A DNA stretch of 40,445 nucleotides from a virus (lineage: Duplodnaviria; Heunggongvirae; Uroviricota; Caudoviricetes): IMG/VR virus record IMGVR_UViG_2541047760_000006; one strand, given 5' to 3'. The notes beneath the pieces are model-generated. The model was not told where the DNA came from. It made no database searches and saw only the letters and a program-made list of their open reading frames with translations. Each line of letters opens with the position of its first letter. Position 1 is the stretch's first letter. Made by a program: the position numbers and the translations under genes. This document shows positions 7,909 to 17,479 of the stretch, in pieces.

Positions 7909-8856
7909 ATGAGCAATACAGCAAAAATCTACGATTTCAGCGCCGCACACGAGCGCAGGAGCAACAGGATGGAGAACCAGAAAACTGGTTACATTCCGTT
8001 GTACCGGAGCATTCTGAAACAGTCATGGGCGAAAGATGTTTATCTTCGCACCCTGTGGGAAAACCTTCTCCTGAATGCCGCCAGAAAGCCATACAAAGCG
8101 AATTTCAAAGGTCATGAATGGCATCTGCAACCCGGTCAACTGGTTGTGACAGCAGCTGATTTAGGTCTTCAGTTATGCGACAGGCATGGCAAGCCGGCAA
8201 GCCGTGATCAGGTTGAGCGGATGCTTCAGGTTTTTGTGAAAGAGGGGATGATCACCATTGATGGAGAGAAGCAAAAAGGTCGTGTGATTACCATCACAAA
8301 TTACCATGAATATGCTCAAAAAATGGACGATTCGCCAGCACATGAAGCCGCACAAACAACCGCACATGATGCCGCACATGACGAAGCCAGTAATGGCGCG
8401 GCTTTCAGCGTACATGCCGCACATGAAAGCGCACATGAAGCCGCACAAACAACCGCACATCATGAACAAGAAGGTATTAACAAGAATATAAATAATACCC
8501 CCCTACCCCCCAATGGGGGAGGCGATGGGCAGGTTAAACCTGAACGTCGCAAGGCAGAACGAATCGACTACGAATCCTTCCTGAACGCCTACAACACCGA
8601 AGTCGGTGACAGACTTCCACACGCTGTTGCGGTCAACGAGAAACGCAAACGCCGCCTGAAGAAAATCATCCCGCAACTGAAAACGCCAAATGTGGACGGT
8701 TTCAGAGCGTATGTCAGGGCGTTTGTGCATCAGGCCAAGCCGTTTTACTTCGGAGACAACGACACGGGCTGGACGGCTGATTTTGATTACCTGCTGAGGG
8801 AAGATTCGTTAACGGGAGTACGGGAAGGGAAGTTTGCAGACAGGGGGATTGCATGA
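7909..8856 (+). CDS. replication initiator / replisome organiser (O-like, P22 gene 18 analogue)
   Basis: 315-aa ORF directly upstream of and overlapping (ATGA) the DnaB-like helicase gene; contains a low-complexity linker ([18 protein letters not shown]...) encoded by direct DNA repeats, as in origin-containing initiator genes. Confidence 0.85.
   Translation: MSNTAKIYDFSAAHERRSNRMENQKTGYIPLYRSILKQSWAKDVYLRTLWENLLLNAARKPYKANFKGHEWHLQPGQLVVTAADLGLQLCDRHGKPASRDQVERMLQVFVKEGMITIDGEKQKGRVITITNYHEYAQKMDDSPAHEAAQTTAHDAAHDEASNGAAFSVHAAHESAHEAAQTTAHHEQEGINKNINNTPLPPNGGGDGQVKPERRKAERIDYESFLNAYNTEVGDRLPHAVAVNEKRKRRLKKIIPQLKTPNVDGFRAYVRAFVHQAKPFYFGDNDTGWTADFDYLLREDSLTGVREGKFADRGIA
8335..8520 (+). repeat. 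putative origin of replication: iteron-like direct repeats plus AT-rich tract inside the initiator gene
   Basis: The 27-mer catgaagccgcacaaacaaccgcacat occurs at 8341-8367 and 8443-8469; at least five copies of ccgcacatga-type units lie between; followed by AT-rich 8471-8497 and inverted repeat ccccc/ggggg at 8506-8519. Confidence 0.6.
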
Positions 8857-10229
8857 GACAGGATATCGAAGCGAGCGTTATCGGTGGCCTGCTGATTGGT
8901 GGATTAACACCAACCGCCAGCGACGTTCTGGCAACGCTGGAGCCGGAAGCGTTTTCAATTCCGCTCTACCGGAAAGCCTTCGAGGTTATCCGCAAGCAGG
9001 CGCGAAACAGAAACCTAATCGACGCGCTGATGGTTGCCGAGGAGTGCGGAGAGGAGCATTTCACGTCAATCCTGATGACCAGCAAAAACTGCCCGAGTGC
9101 CGCAAACCTGAAGGGATATGCCGGAATGGTCGCGGATAACTATCACCGCCGTCTGGTGCTGGAAATCATGGATGAAATGCGTGAACCAATCCAAAGCGGA
9201 ACCATCGACGCATCGAGTCAGGCGATGGATGAGCTTGTAAAGCGTCTTTCAGCCATCAGAAAGCCCCGTGACGAGGTTAAACCTGTACGGTTAGGGGAAA
9301 TCATCACCGACTACACTGACACGCTTGACAGGCGTCTGAGGAACGGAGAAGAGTCCGATACCCTGAAGACCGGAATCGAAGAACTTGATGCCATCACCGG
9401 AGGGATGAACGCGGAAGACCTGGTGATAATCGCCGCTCGTCCTGGTATGGGTAAAACCGAACTGGCGCTGAAGATTGCCGAAGGCGTTGCAAGTCGTGTT
9501 ATTCCTGGTTCTGACATCCGGCGTGGAGTATTGATTTTCTCAATGGAAATGAGCGCATTACAGATTGCAGAGCGAAGCATTGCCAACGCCGGGAGGATGT
9601 CGGTTAGCGTACTGCGAAATCCTGCATCGATGGATGACGAGGGCTGGGCGCGTGTTGCTAACGGCATGAGTCAGCTTGCAGATTTGGATGTATGGGTAGT
9701 CGATGCCTCGCGGTTATCGGTCGAAGAAATACGCTCAATCGCAGAACGGCACAAACAGGAAAATCCAAACCTGTCACTCATCATGGTGGATTATCTTGGC
9801 CTGATTGAGAAGCCGAAAGCAGATCGCAACGACCTCGCAATTGCTCACATCTCCGGAAGCCTGAAGGCGATGGCGAAAGACCTGAAAACACCGGTTATCT
9901 CCCTGAGTCAGCTTTCGCGCGATGTTGAGAAGCGACCAAACAAACGCCCGACAAACGCAGATTTGCGTGATTCAGGAAGCATTGAACAGGACGCAGACTC
10001 AATCATCATGCTCTATCGGGAAGCGGTATATGACGAGAACAGTAGCGCCGCGCCATTTGCTGAAATCATCGTGACGAAAAACCGTTTTGGCTCACTTGGT
10101 ACGGTTTACCAGCGGTTCTGCAACGGACACTTTGTTGCATGTGACCAGGATGAAGCCAGGCAGATTTGCACAGCATCAAATGCACCTGCTGCACGTGGCA
10201 GACGATATGCACAAGGGGCTGACGTATGA
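8853..10229 (+). CDS. DnaB-family replicative helicase (P22 gene 12-like)
   Basis: 458-aa product with Walker [10 protein letters not shown], Walker [10 protein letters not shown] and DnaB C-terminal motifs ([17 protein letters not shown]); same length as P22 gp12. Confidence 0.95.
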   Translation: MRQDIEASVIGGLLIGGLTPTASDVLATLEPEAFSIPLYRKAFEVIRKQARNRNLIDALMVAEECGEEHFTSILMTSKNCPSAANLKGYAGMVADNYHRRLVLEIMDEMREPIQSGTIDASSQAMDELVKRLSAIRKPRDEVKPVRLGEIITDYTDTLDRRLRNGEESDTLKTGIEELDAITGGMNAEDLVIIAARPGMGKTELALKIAEGVASRVIPGSDIRRGVLIFSMEMSALQIAERSIANAGRMSVSVLRNPASMDDEGWARVANGMSQLADLDVWVVDASRLSVEEIRSIAERHKQENPNLSLIMVDYLGLIEKPKADRNDLAIAHISGSLKAMAKDLKTPVISLSQLSRDVEKRPNKRPTNADLRDSGSIEQDADSIIMLYREAVYDENSSAAPFAEIIVTKNRFGSLGTVYQRFCNGHFVACDQDEARQICTASNAPAARGRRYAQGADV

Positions 10230-10301
10230 CCATCTACATCACTGAGCTAATAACAGGCCTGCTGGTAATCGCAGGCCTTTTTATTTGGGGGAGGGTAAAT
10301 C

Positions 10302-10508
10302 GTGGCTGAGTTAATTTTCTCTGCATTGAGGATTCTCGGTGCTATGTGGATGGTGGCGACGTTCATTGTTGTTGCCAGCAGTTTTGTCCGGTTGGTAGGC
10401 GAAGGTAAAGACCTGGTGGGTGTGCTTTTCGGTAGCATTCTCATGTGGGTGATTATCGGTGTTATGCCTGTCGCTGTAGCAAAAATGGCGTGGCGTTTTG
10501 TGAGTTGA
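10302..10508 (+). CDS. small hydrophobic (two-TM) nin-region protein
   Basis: 68-aa ORF with a GTG start after ggggaggg RBS; predicted membrane micro-protein (MAELIFSALRILGAMWMVATFIVV...). Confidence 0.5.
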   Translation: MAELIFSALRILGAMWMVATFIVVASSFVRLVGEGKDLVGVLFGSILMWVIIGVMPVAVAKMAWRFVS

Positions 10509-10525
10509 ACTGAGGGTAAGTATCG

Positions 10526-10840
10526 ATGGACGAATCAAGAAAGCAGTTTGAAGAAAGTTGGTTGCGACGTGGGGGCGAATCTTCAGACCTTATCCGTTAC
10601 CCTGAAAATCACCATGAAATTGGCAGCGGTAATATTGGTGGTCAATACGTGATGGACGATGTTCAAGGCCACTGGCAAACGTGGCAGGCATCGAGAGCAG
10701 CTATTGAAATTGAGCTGCAAAAGCCAAAGAAAGGCCCACTTCCCGGTGATTATCACATTGGCTATGACACAGGTGCAGAATCACAATACGAAAGCGATGT
10801 AGAGGCCATCCGCACTGCTGGAGTCAAAGTGAAGGAGTGA
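10526..10840 (+). CDS. hypothetical nin-region protein
   Basis: 104-aa ORF, ATG start, tightly packed with neighbours; no family recognised. Confidence 0.6.
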   Translation: MDESRKQFEESWLRRGGESSDLIRYPENHHEIGSGNIGGQYVMDDVQGHWQTWQASRAAIEIELQKPKKGPLPGDYHIGYDTGAESQYESDVEAIRTAGVKVKE

Positions 10841-10842
10841 GT

Positions 10843-11007
10843 ATGAGCGCATACGAAGAAATCATGTTAGCCCTGCGATTCTTTTTCGGTGTGGAAGAAG
10901 ATGAAAACGTAAATGAGATTATCGGGCAAGACCATGACCCGATAGGGACTATTGCAGCTGCACTTGACGATTACAGGAGCGTAAATGGTGAGGAAACTAA
11001 CGTTTGA
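10843..11007 (+). CDS. small hypothetical protein (54 aa)
   Basis: Not in the ORF track. ATG at 10843 after gaaggag RBS; MSAYEEIMLALRFFFGVEEDENVNEIIGQDHDPIGTIAAALDDYRSVNGEETNV; overlaps the ninB start. Confidence 0.35.
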   Translation: MSAYEEIMLALRFFFGVEEDENVNEIIGQDHDPIGTIAAALDDYRSVNGEETNV

Positions 11008-11428
11008 ACTAAGAAGCCCCATCCATCAGCAGAACGCCATTCAAGCTATCCAGCAAATCCTTCCAGACCCAATCAAACCAATCGTAGTAACCATTCAGGA
11101 ACGCAACCGCAGCTTAGACCAAAACCGAAAGCTTTGGGCTTGCCTTGGTGACGTCTCTCGTCAGGTTGAATGGCATGGTCGCTGGCTGGATGCAGAAAGC
11201 TGGAAGTGTGTGTTTACCGCAGCATTAAAGCAGCAGGATGTTGTTCCTAACCTTGCCGGGAATGGCTTTGTGGTAATAGGCCAGTCAACCAGCAGGATGC
11301 GTGTAAGCGAATTTGCGGAGCTATTAGAGCTTATACAGGCATTCGGTACAGAGCGTGGCGTTAAGTGGTCAGACGAAGCGCGACTGGCTCTCGAATGGAA
11401 AGCGCGATGGGGAGATCGGGCTGCATGA
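10985..11428 (+). CDS. ninB: NinB (Orf recombination mediator)
   Basis: 147-aa translation MVRKLTFELRSPIHQQNAIQAIQQILPDPIKPIVVTIQERNRSLDQNRKLWACLGDV... is near-identical to lambda NinB. Confidence 0.95.
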   Translation: MVRKLTFELRSPIHQQNAIQAIQQILPDPIKPIVVTIQERNRSLDQNRKLWACLGDVSRQVEWHGRWLDAESWKCVFTAALKQQDVVPNLAGNGFVVIGQSTSRMRVSEFAELLELIQAFGTERGVKWSDEARLALEWKARWGDRAA

Positions 11429-11952
11429 CTATCAAATCAAATACGCCAGCACACGACAAGGACTGCTGGCAAACGCCGCTCTGGCTTTTTGATGCACTGG
11501 ATATTGAGTTTGGATTCTGGCTGGATTCGGCAGCGAGCGACAAAAATGCTCTGTGCGCTCACTGGCTAACTGAGGACGACGACGCGCTCAATTCTGAGTG
11601 GGTAAGCCACGGTGCAATCTGGAATAACCCACCGTACAGCAATATCAGGCCGTGGGTGGAAAAAGCCGCTGAGCAGTGTATACAACAGCGACAGACGGTA
11701 GTGATGCTTGTGCCAGAGGATATGTCTGTCGGATGGTTCAGCAAGGCTCTGGAGAGTGTTGACGAAGTTCGTATTATCACTGATGGACGGATTAATTTTA
11801 TCGAACCATCGACAGGGCTGGAGAAGAAGGGAAACAGCAAAGGCTCCATGCTGCTGATTTGGCGACCGTTCATCAGTCCTCGACGGATGTTTACTACCGT
11901 ATCCAAAGCGGCATTGATGGCGATCGGGCAGGGCGTCAGGAGGGCTGCATGA
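11425..11952 (+). CDS. phage orphan DNA N6-adenine methyltransferase (Dam-like)
   Basis: Internal ATG at 11425 overlapping the ninB stop; product [26 protein letters not shown]... carries the N6-adenine MTase catalytic motif NPPY (WNNPPYS). Confidence 0.88.
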   Translation: MTIKSNTPAHDKDCWQTPLWLFDALDIEFGFWLDSAASDKNALCAHWLTEDDDALNSEWVSHGAIWNNPPYSNIRPWVEKAAEQCIQQRQTVVMLVPEDMSVGWFSKALESVDEVRIITDGRINFIEPSTGLEKKGNSKGSMLLIWRPFISPRRMFTTVSKAALMAIGQGVRRAA

Positions 11953-12125
11953 GACGACAGCGACGAAGCATCACCGACATAATCTGCGAAAACTGCAAAT
12001 ACCTTCCAACGAAACGCTCCAGAAATAAACGCAAGCTAATCCCAAAAGAATCTGACGTAAAAACCTTCAATTACACAGCCCACCTGTGGGATATCCGGTG
12101 GCTAAGATATCGTGCGAGGAAATGA
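11949..12125 (+). CDS. ninE: NinE
   Basis: Internal ATG at 11949 gives [58 protein letters not shown], matching lambda NinE. Confidence 0.85.
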   Translation: MRRQRRSITDIICENCKYLPTKRSRNKRKLIPKESDVKTFNYTAHLWDIRWLRYRARK

Positions 12126-12469
12126 CAATGGATTATTCACAGTTAAGTGATTTTGAAATTAACAGAATGGTAGGAGACATAATTTTTAAAGGCCTTTGGG
12201 CAAGTAAACCGGAAACATCAGGGAATAACACCAACAAATGGTATTACGGAAATGCTGATACAACTTTTGAGCCATTAAATCATTTGCCTGACTACTGCAA
12301 TGATCCGAGCGCTTCATGGCCGATTATTGAGAAATACAGGATTTCTATCTTAGACCAGTTAACTGAATGGTGTGTGGATGCAAAAGGCGTAAGCCCAATA
12401 TTTGATACCAGACCTCTCCGCGCCGCCATGATTGTCTTTCTCCTGATGCAGGAGGCCAATAATGCTTAG
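12122..12469 (+). CDS. hypothetical nin-region protein
   Basis: [34 protein letters not shown]...; candidate starts at 12122 or 12128 (the latter better spaced from gagga). Confidence 0.65.
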   Translation: MTMDYSQLSDFEINRMVGDIIFKGLWASKPETSGNNTNKWYYGNADTTFEPLNHLPDYCNDPSASWPIIEKYRISILDQLTEWCVDAKGVSPIFDTRPLRAAMIVFLLMQEANNA

Positions 12470-12656
12470 CCCATCTCAATCCCTTCAATACCTGAAAGAA
12501 AGCATAGAGCGGGCTTCAATGTGCACAGAGTGGATTCTATCTAGGTTTAGCGCATACAGAAGATTGCCGGTAAAGGGCATGCCAAGCAAGTCGATGCTGC
12601 ATATGCAAAAGAATGCGCGCTGGAAGGTATGGCGAGAACACAGGTTATGTGGCTGA
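12462..12656 (+). CDS. NinF-like protein (N-terminus only conserved)
   Basis: First ~18 aa ([18 protein letters not shown]) resemble lambda NinF as recalled; the remainder is unrelated and lacks the Cys motif. Confidence 0.5.
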   Translation: MLSPSQSLQYLKESIERASMCTEWILSRFSAYRRLPVKGMPSKSMLHMQKNARWKVWREHRLCG

Positions 12657-12675
12657 AAGAGGGGGTTATTAAGGC

Positions 12676-13038
12676 GTGAATACCTACAGCATCACATTAC
12701 CCTGGCCTCCGAGCAATAATCGCTATTACCGCCATAATCGCGGGCGCACGCACGTCAGCGCAGAGGGGCAGGCATACCGCGATAACGTCGCCCGAATCAT
12801 TAAAAACGCAATGCTGGATATCGGCCTGGCTATGCCTGTGAAAATCCGCATTGAGTGCCACATGCCGGATCGCCGTCGCCGTGACCTGGATAATCTGCAA
12901 AAAGCCGCTTTTGACGCACTCACTAAAGCAGGTTTCTGGCTGGATGATGCTCAGGTCGTTGATTACCGCGTTGTGAAGATGCCTGTTACCAAAGGTGGGA
13001 GGCTGGAACTGACCATCACCGAAATGGGGAATGAATGA
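12676..13038 (+). CDS. rusA: RusA Holliday-junction resolvase
   Basis: 120-aa translation [82 protein letters not shown]... matches E. coli DLP12 RusA. Confidence 0.97.
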   Translation: MNTYSITLPWPPSNNRYYRHNRGRTHVSAEGQAYRDNVARIIKNAMLDIGLAMPVKIRIECHMPDRRRRDLDNLQKAAFDALTKAGFWLDDAQVVDYRVVKMPVTKGGRLELTITEMGNE

Positions 13039-13175
13039 TGTTTGAGTTTAATATGGCAGAACTTCTTCGCCACCGCTGGGGGCGTCTGCGCTTATATCGT
13101 TTCCTCGGTTCTGTTTTGACCGATTACCGAATACTGAAGAATTACGCCAAAACCCTGACAGGAACAGGAGTATGA
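13035..13175 (+). CDS. ylcG: YlcG-like small protein
   Basis: Not in the ORF track. ATG overlapping the rusA stop; [46 protein letters not shown] (46 aa) resembles DLP12 YlcG. Confidence 0.7.
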   Translation: MMFEFNMAELLRHRWGRLRLYRFLGSVLTDYRILKNYAKTLTGTGV

Positions 13176-13260
13176 AGTCAGAGATAACAATCAACTAATA
13201 CTGTTTTGTTGATTTTTGCTTGTAATTGGCGTTCTGGTCTGATTTTTGTGGAGTAAGTTG

Positions 13261-13644
13261 ATGCGTGATATTCAGATGGTTCTTGAGCGTTGGGGTGCGT
13301 GGGCGGCTAATAATCATGAAGATGTGACCTGGTCGTCCATTGCCGCCGGTTTTAAGGGATTAATTCCTTCAAAAGTAAAATCTCGCCCGCAATGTTGTGA
13401 CGATGACGCGATGATCATTTGCGGGTGCATGGCCCGTCTGAAAAAGAACAACAGCGATTTACACGATTTATTAGTAGATTATTATGTATGTGGTATGACA
13501 TTCATGTCACTGGCAAGTAAGCATTGCTGCTCGGATGGTTATATCGGGAAAAGGTTACAGAAGGCTGAGGGCATAATTGAAGGGATGTTAATGGCATTAG
13601 ATATCCGGTTAGATATGGATATCGTTGCTAATAATTCTAATTGA
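13261..13644 (+). CDS. Q: late-gene antiterminator Q (QuuD / phage 82-type)
   Basis: Internal ATG at 13261 after ggag; [34 protein letters not shown]... with Cys-rich zinc-binding region; matches DLP12 QuuD as recalled. Confidence 0.92.
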   Translation: MRDIQMVLERWGAWAANNHEDVTWSSIAAGFKGLIPSKVKSRPQCCDDDAMIICGCMARLKKNNSDLHDLLVDYYVCGMTFMSLASKHCCSDGYIGKRLQKAEGIIEGMLMALDIRLDMDIVANNSN

Positions 13645-13700
13645 TATGCAATTGTTTACTAAAAGTTATTAAAAATGGGGCGTGGAAACGCCCCCAAAAT
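13641..13700 (+). promoter_or_regulatory. candidate late promoter pR' with qut / early-pause hairpin
   Basis: TTGATA (-35-like) overlapping the Q stop, AT-rich -10 candidates about 17 bp downstream, then hairpin ggggcgt-ggaaa-acgcccc (13677-13694). Positional analogy to lambda pR'/qut; boundaries uncertain. Confidence 0.4.
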
Positions 13701-13780
13701 AAAGGGTAATATATAACAGAAGGTTTATATAGTAAGAAGCAAGGTAGTGCTTCTAAAGGAAGTGGCTTGAGGGCTCCACT

Positions 13781-13821
13781 TATATGTTGCGGAGGCAAAG
13801 CCTCCCGCAACATATCTTTTT
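13781..13821 (+). terminator. rho-independent terminator (tR'-like; also 3' of the convergent porin gene)
   Basis: Long stem tatatgttgcggaggc / gcctcccgcaacatat with loop aaa, followed by cttttt on the plus strand. Confidence 0.7.
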
Positions 13822-13832
13822 CGTAAGTCAGA

Positions 13833-14915
13833 TTAGAACTGATAAACCAGACCTACAGCGACGATGTCGTCGGTATCAATACCAGCTGTTTTGGTAAACT
13901 TACTATCGTCAATTAAGTTGATTTTGTAATCAACAAAAGTGGACATGTTTTTATTAAAGTAGTAAGTAGCACCGACATCGACATACTTGACTAAGTCTCG
14001 GTCACCATGAACACCAAGGTCTTTACCTTTTGACTGAAGGTAAGCAACAGATGGACGCAGACCGAAGTCAAACTGATATTGTGCTACTGCTTCAAAGTTT
14101 TGTGCTTTGTTTGCAATATGGTTATTACCAAAAACGGTCATATTCTGAGTTTCAGAATATGTGGTAGCCAGATAGATATTGTTCGCATCATATTTCAGGC
14201 CTGCAGCCCATACTTCCGCATTTTTGCCGGAGGCATTGAATTTGCTCTTACCATAGGCGACCTGACCGTCAGTGCGATCTGATTTAGCATAGGTTGCACC
14301 CACGCCGAATCCTTCATACTCATAAGTAGTGGAGAAACCGAAACCATCACCATTGGCTTCAGTTACGTCAGTGCGGTCATTTTTACCCTGATACTGAGCA
14401 GCAAAGTTCAGGCCATCGACCAGACCAAAGAAGTCGTTGTTACGATAAGTTGCAACACCAGTAGTGCGACCAGTCATGAACACATCTGTTTGGGTCCAGG
14501 TATCACCACCGAATTCTGGCAGAACGTCAGTCCACGCACCGATGTCGTATGCTACACCGTAGTTACGGCCGTAATCGATTGAGCCGTAATCACCAAATTT
14601 CAGGCCTGCAAATGCAAGACGGGTTTTGTCTTTGGAAGAACCTTGAGATTCAGCACGGTTGCCTTTGAATTCATATTCCCACTGACCGAAACCAGTCAGT
14701 TGATCGTTGATTTGGGTTTCACCTTTGAAGCCAAGACGGGCATAAGTAGTATCACCATCATCTGCATCATTAGAGGAGAAGTAGTGCTTGGCATTAACTT
14801 TCCCGTATAGATCCAGCTTGTTACTGTCTTTATTATAAATTTCAGCTGCCTGAGCAGACATCGCCATCAGTACTGATGCAGCTACAGCAGAAATTGCCAC
14901 TGTTAATTTTTTCAT
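13833..14915 (-). CDS. nmpC: OmpC/OmpF-family general porin (NmpC / Lc-like, phage-borne)
   Basis: Signal peptide [23 protein letters not shown] then [17 protein letters not shown]... and C-terminal ...VAVGLVYQF, classic enterobacterial porin features. Start taken at the internal ATG 14913-14915. AT-rich upstream region 14916-15300. Confidence 0.95.
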   Translation of the reverse strand: MKKLTVAISAVAASVLMAMSAQAAEIYNKDSNKLDLYGKVNAKHYFSSNDADDGDTTYARLGFKGETQINDQLTGFGQWEYEFKGNRAESQGSSKDKTRLAFAGLKFGDYGSIDYGRNYGVAYDIGAWTDVLPEFGGDTWTQTDVFMTGRTTGVATYRNNDFFGLVDGLNFAAQYQGKNDRTDVTEANGDGFGFSTTYEYEGFGVGATYAKSDRTDGQVAYGKSKFNASGKNAEVWAAGLKYDANNIYLATTYSETQNMTVFGNNHIANKAQNFEAVAQYQFDFGLRPSVAYLQSKGKDLGVHGDRDLVKYVDVGATYYFNKNMSTFVDYKINLIDDSKFTKTAGIDTDDIVAVGLVYQF

Positions 14916-15341
14916 TGTACGCCCTTTTTTTGAACTTTTATTAAAAAATGATGTCACTGCGCGATAAATATTCATCTAATCAATGTGATTATTTCAAGAT
15001 GTAAGTTTTAGTTTCTCATTTAATTTGTGAAGTAGATCTCTATTTTTATCTGAACCTTTTCTATCTAATCCTATTCATGGCTCTTGTCTGAACAAAAATA
15101 AATCTATTAGCTAATTTATATTAATGGCACTTATTTATAAGTGCTCTATAATTCTTTAGCTTAATTTAAACAAACTAAAAATAACATCGGAAATTATTAA
15201 CTGGTTATTTGTTGAAGTTTTCTTATGCATTTGTGGTGGTGTTTTGAACACTCGGTGGCATTCTCACAAATATCATTTAGTAGTTTACGTACGTAAAAAA
15301 TTGGTTATGCTGTTAAGAGTGGTTACTTCGTCACACAGCTT

Positions 15342-15375
15342 AAACCCGCCGTCGAGCGGGTTTTTCCATTTTTTG
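15342..15375 (+). terminator. rho-independent terminator upstream of the lysis cassette
   Basis: Stem aacccgc / gcgggtt with loop cgtcga, followed by tttttccatttttt on the plus strand. Confidence 0.7.
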
Positions 15376-15503
15376 AGTCTCGATATTAGCTGATAACCCA
15401 ATACCTGAGTTATTCACTGACTCCGAATCTGTTACGTTTCTGCCTTTATTGCGATACGTAGTATCCCCTTAATTTACACCCGCTTTGTCTGCGAGGTGGG
15501 GTT

Positions 15504-15719
15504 ATGAAATCCATGGATAAGTTAACAACGGGTGTCGCCTATGGTACCTCAGCAGGTAGTGCCGGGTACTGGTTTTTACAGTTGCTCGATAAAGTCACGC
15601 CCTCACAGTGGGCGGCAATAGGTGTGCTGGGTAGCCTGGTATTTGGCCTGCTGACGTACCTGACAAACCTTTATTTCAAGATTAAAGAAGATAAGCGCAA
15701 GGCTGCGAGAGGTGAATAA
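15504..15719 (+). CDS. essD: class II holin (phage 21 S / EssD-like pinholin)
   Basis: 71-aa product [71 protein letters not shown], two TM segments; RBS gaggtgggg. Confidence 0.93.
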
Positions 15720-16216
15720 TGCCTCCATCATTACGAAAAGCCGTTGCTGCTGCTATTGGTGGCGGAGCAATTGCTATAGCATCAGTGTTAATCACTGGCC
15801 CAAGTGGTAACGATGGTCTGGAAGGTGTCAGCTACATACCATACAAAGATATTGTTGGTGTATGGACTGTATGTCACGGGCATACAGGAAAAGACATCAT
15901 GCTCGGTAAAACGTATACCAAAGCAGAATGCAAAGCCCTCCTGAATAAAGACCTTGCCACGGTCGCCAGACAAATTAACCCGTACATCAAAGTCGATATA
16001 CCGGAAACAATGCGCGGCGCTCTTTACTCATTCGTTTACAACGTGGGTGCTGGCAATTTCAGAACATCGACGCTTCTTCGCAAAATAAACCAGGGCGATA
16101 TCAAAGGCGCATGTGATCAGCTACGTCGCTGGACATATGCTGGCGGTAAGCAATGGAAAGGTCTCATGACTCGTCGTGAGATTGAGCGTGAAATCTGTTT
16201 GTGGGGTCAGCAATGA
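15719..16216 (+). CDS. rrrD: SAR endolysin (GH24 lysozyme with N-terminal signal-anchor-release segment)
   Basis: ATG overlaps the holin stop (TAATG). N-terminal hydrophobic Gly/Ala-rich segment [18 protein letters not shown] followed by a T4-lysozyme-like domain; resembles phage 21 R / RrrD. Confidence 0.93.
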   Translation: MPPSLRKAVAAAIGGGAIAIASVLITGPSGNDGLEGVSYIPYKDIVGVWTVCHGHTGKDIMLGKTYTKAECKALLNKDLATVARQINPYIKVDIPETMRGALYSFVYNVGAGNFRTSTLLRKINQGDIKGACDQLRRWTYAGGKQWKGLMTRREIEREICLWGQQ

Positions 16217-16674
16217 ACAGAGTAACCGCGATTATCTCCGCTCTGGTTATCTGCATCATCGTCTGCCTGTCATGGGCTGTTAATCATTACCGTGATAACG
16301 CCATTACCTACAAAGCCCAGCGCGACAAAAATGCCAGAGAACTGACGCTGGCGAACGCGGCAATTACTGACATACAGATGCGTCAGCGTGATGTTGCTGC
16401 GCTCGATGCAAAATACACGAAGGAGTTAGCTGATGCGAAAGCTGAAAATGATGCTCTGCGTGATGATGTTGCCGCTGGTCGTCGTCGGTTGCACATCAAA
16501 GCAGTCTGTCAGTCAGTGCGTGAAGCCACCACCGCCTCCGGCGTGGATAATGCAGCCTCCCCCCGACTGGCAGACACCGCTGAACGGGATTATTTCACCC
16601 TCAGAGAGAGGCTGATCACTATGCAAAAACAACTGGAAGGAACCCAGAAGTATATTAATGAGCAGTGCAGATAG
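16213..16674 (+). CDS. rz: Rz i-spanin
   Basis: Start at internal ATG 16213 ([17 protein letters not shown]...), N-terminal TM then coiled-coil; contains the embedded Rz1 frame. Confidence 0.9.
   Translation: MNRVTAIISALVICIIVCLSWAVNHYRDNAITYKAQRDKNARELTLANAAITDIQMRQRDVAALDAKYTKELADAKAENDALRDDVAAGRRRLHIKAVCQSVREATTASGVDNAASPRLADTAERDYFTLRERLITMQKQLEGTQKYINEQCR
16433..16615 (+). CDS. rz1: Rz1 o-spanin lipoprotein (embedded in the +1 frame of Rz)
   Basis: [23 protein letters not shown]... lipobox LVVVGC and proline-rich mature part [15 protein letters not shown]; wholly inside Rz in another frame. Confidence 0.88.
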   Translation: MRKLKMMLCVMMLPLVVVGCTSKQSVSQCVKPPPPPAWIMQPPPDWQTPLNGIISPSERG

Positions 16675-16676
16675 AG

Positions 16677-16694
16677 CTGCCCATATCGATGGGC
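16677..16694. terminator. hairpin between convergent Rz and bor (candidate bidirectional terminator)
   Basis: Perfect 7-bp inverted repeat tgcccat-atcg-atgggca; no clear U-tract on either side. Confidence 0.35.
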
Positions 16695-16705
16695 AACTCA
16701 TGCAA

Positions 16706-16999
16706 TTATTGTGAGCAATACACACGCGCTTCCAGCGGAGTATAAATGCCTAAAGTAATAAAACCGAGCAATCCATTTACGAATGTTTGCTGGGTTTCTG
16801 TTTTAACAACATTTTCTGCACCACCACAAATTTTTGCTGCATCGACAGTTTTCTTCTGCCCAATTCCCGAAACGAAGAAATGATGGGTGATGGTTTCCTT
16901 TGGTGTTACTGCTGTAGGTTTGTTTCCAACAGTAAACGTCTGTTGAGCACATCCTGTAATAAGCATTGCCAGAGCGGCAGAAAACAACATTTTTTTCAT
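16706..16999 (-). CDS. bor: Bor outer-membrane lipoprotein (serum-resistance lysogenic conversion factor)
   Basis: Start at internal ATG 16997-16999: MKKMLFSAALAMLITGCAQQTFTV...GIYTPLEARVYCSQ, near-identical to lambda Bor; lipobox LITGC. Confidence 0.95.
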   Translation of the reverse strand: MKKMLFSAALAMLITGCAQQTFTVGNKPTAVTPKETITHHFFVSGIGQKKTVDAAKICGGAENVVKTETQQTFVNGLLGFITLGIYTPLEARVYCSQ

Positions 17000-17479
17000 C
17001 TTATTATCCTGCATTGTTAAAAACGGCAGAATCCTATGTGACAACAATTAAACGATAGTTAAATGGATTGATGAAAATTAAAACTACACAGGTGGGCTCA
17101 GACTATTGGAGGAAGTTGGGGACACTCAGAATCCTGTGGAATGAAATAAACCGGTCTATCCGTCCATTACCCTTTTAGCTGCGCTGTATCGTCGCCGTAT
17201 TCCCGCATTAACCATGACCGTAGCCCGACGGGGAATTCCTTCTGCGTGAGTGTGCGGGAATAATTAAAAACGATGCACACCGGGTTTTTACCGCGTTAAT
17301 GATTCGCGGGTTTATCCCGGTGCGATGGTGGAAGAAACAGGAAGCTGTATTACAGAAAGTGCTACTACTGTATCCCGATGCGATGTATGTAATGTGAGTC
17401 AGATAATGGCACAGGATGTGGTGATGTGGCAGTCTGGAACACAGGATATATTGTCAGAATAAGACCCGTAGGAATAAAA

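Noticed and set aside
8173-8491. Minus-strand ORF 8173..8469 (Cys/Met-rich [19 protein letters not shown]...) and plus-strand ORF 8306..8491 ([13 protein letters not shown]...)
   Set aside because: Both are alternative-frame readings of the iteron repeats inside the replication initiator gene; their periodicity mirrors the DNA repeats rather than a protein fold.
8499-8521. C5/G5 inverted repeat (taccccccaatggggga) as a possible terminator or recombination site
   Set aside because: It lies inside the initiator coding frame (encoding TPLPPNGGG) next to the AT-rich origin tract and has no U-tract; more likely part of the origin or a linker-coding quirk. Mentioned only under the origin finding.
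14916-15300. Possible insertion element or CRISPR-like repeats in the AT-rich region upstream of the porin gene
   Set aside because: No terminal inverted repeats, transposase ORF or regularly spaced direct repeats seen; the AT-rich sequence is consistent with a porin promoter/regulatory region. The porin gene is intact here.
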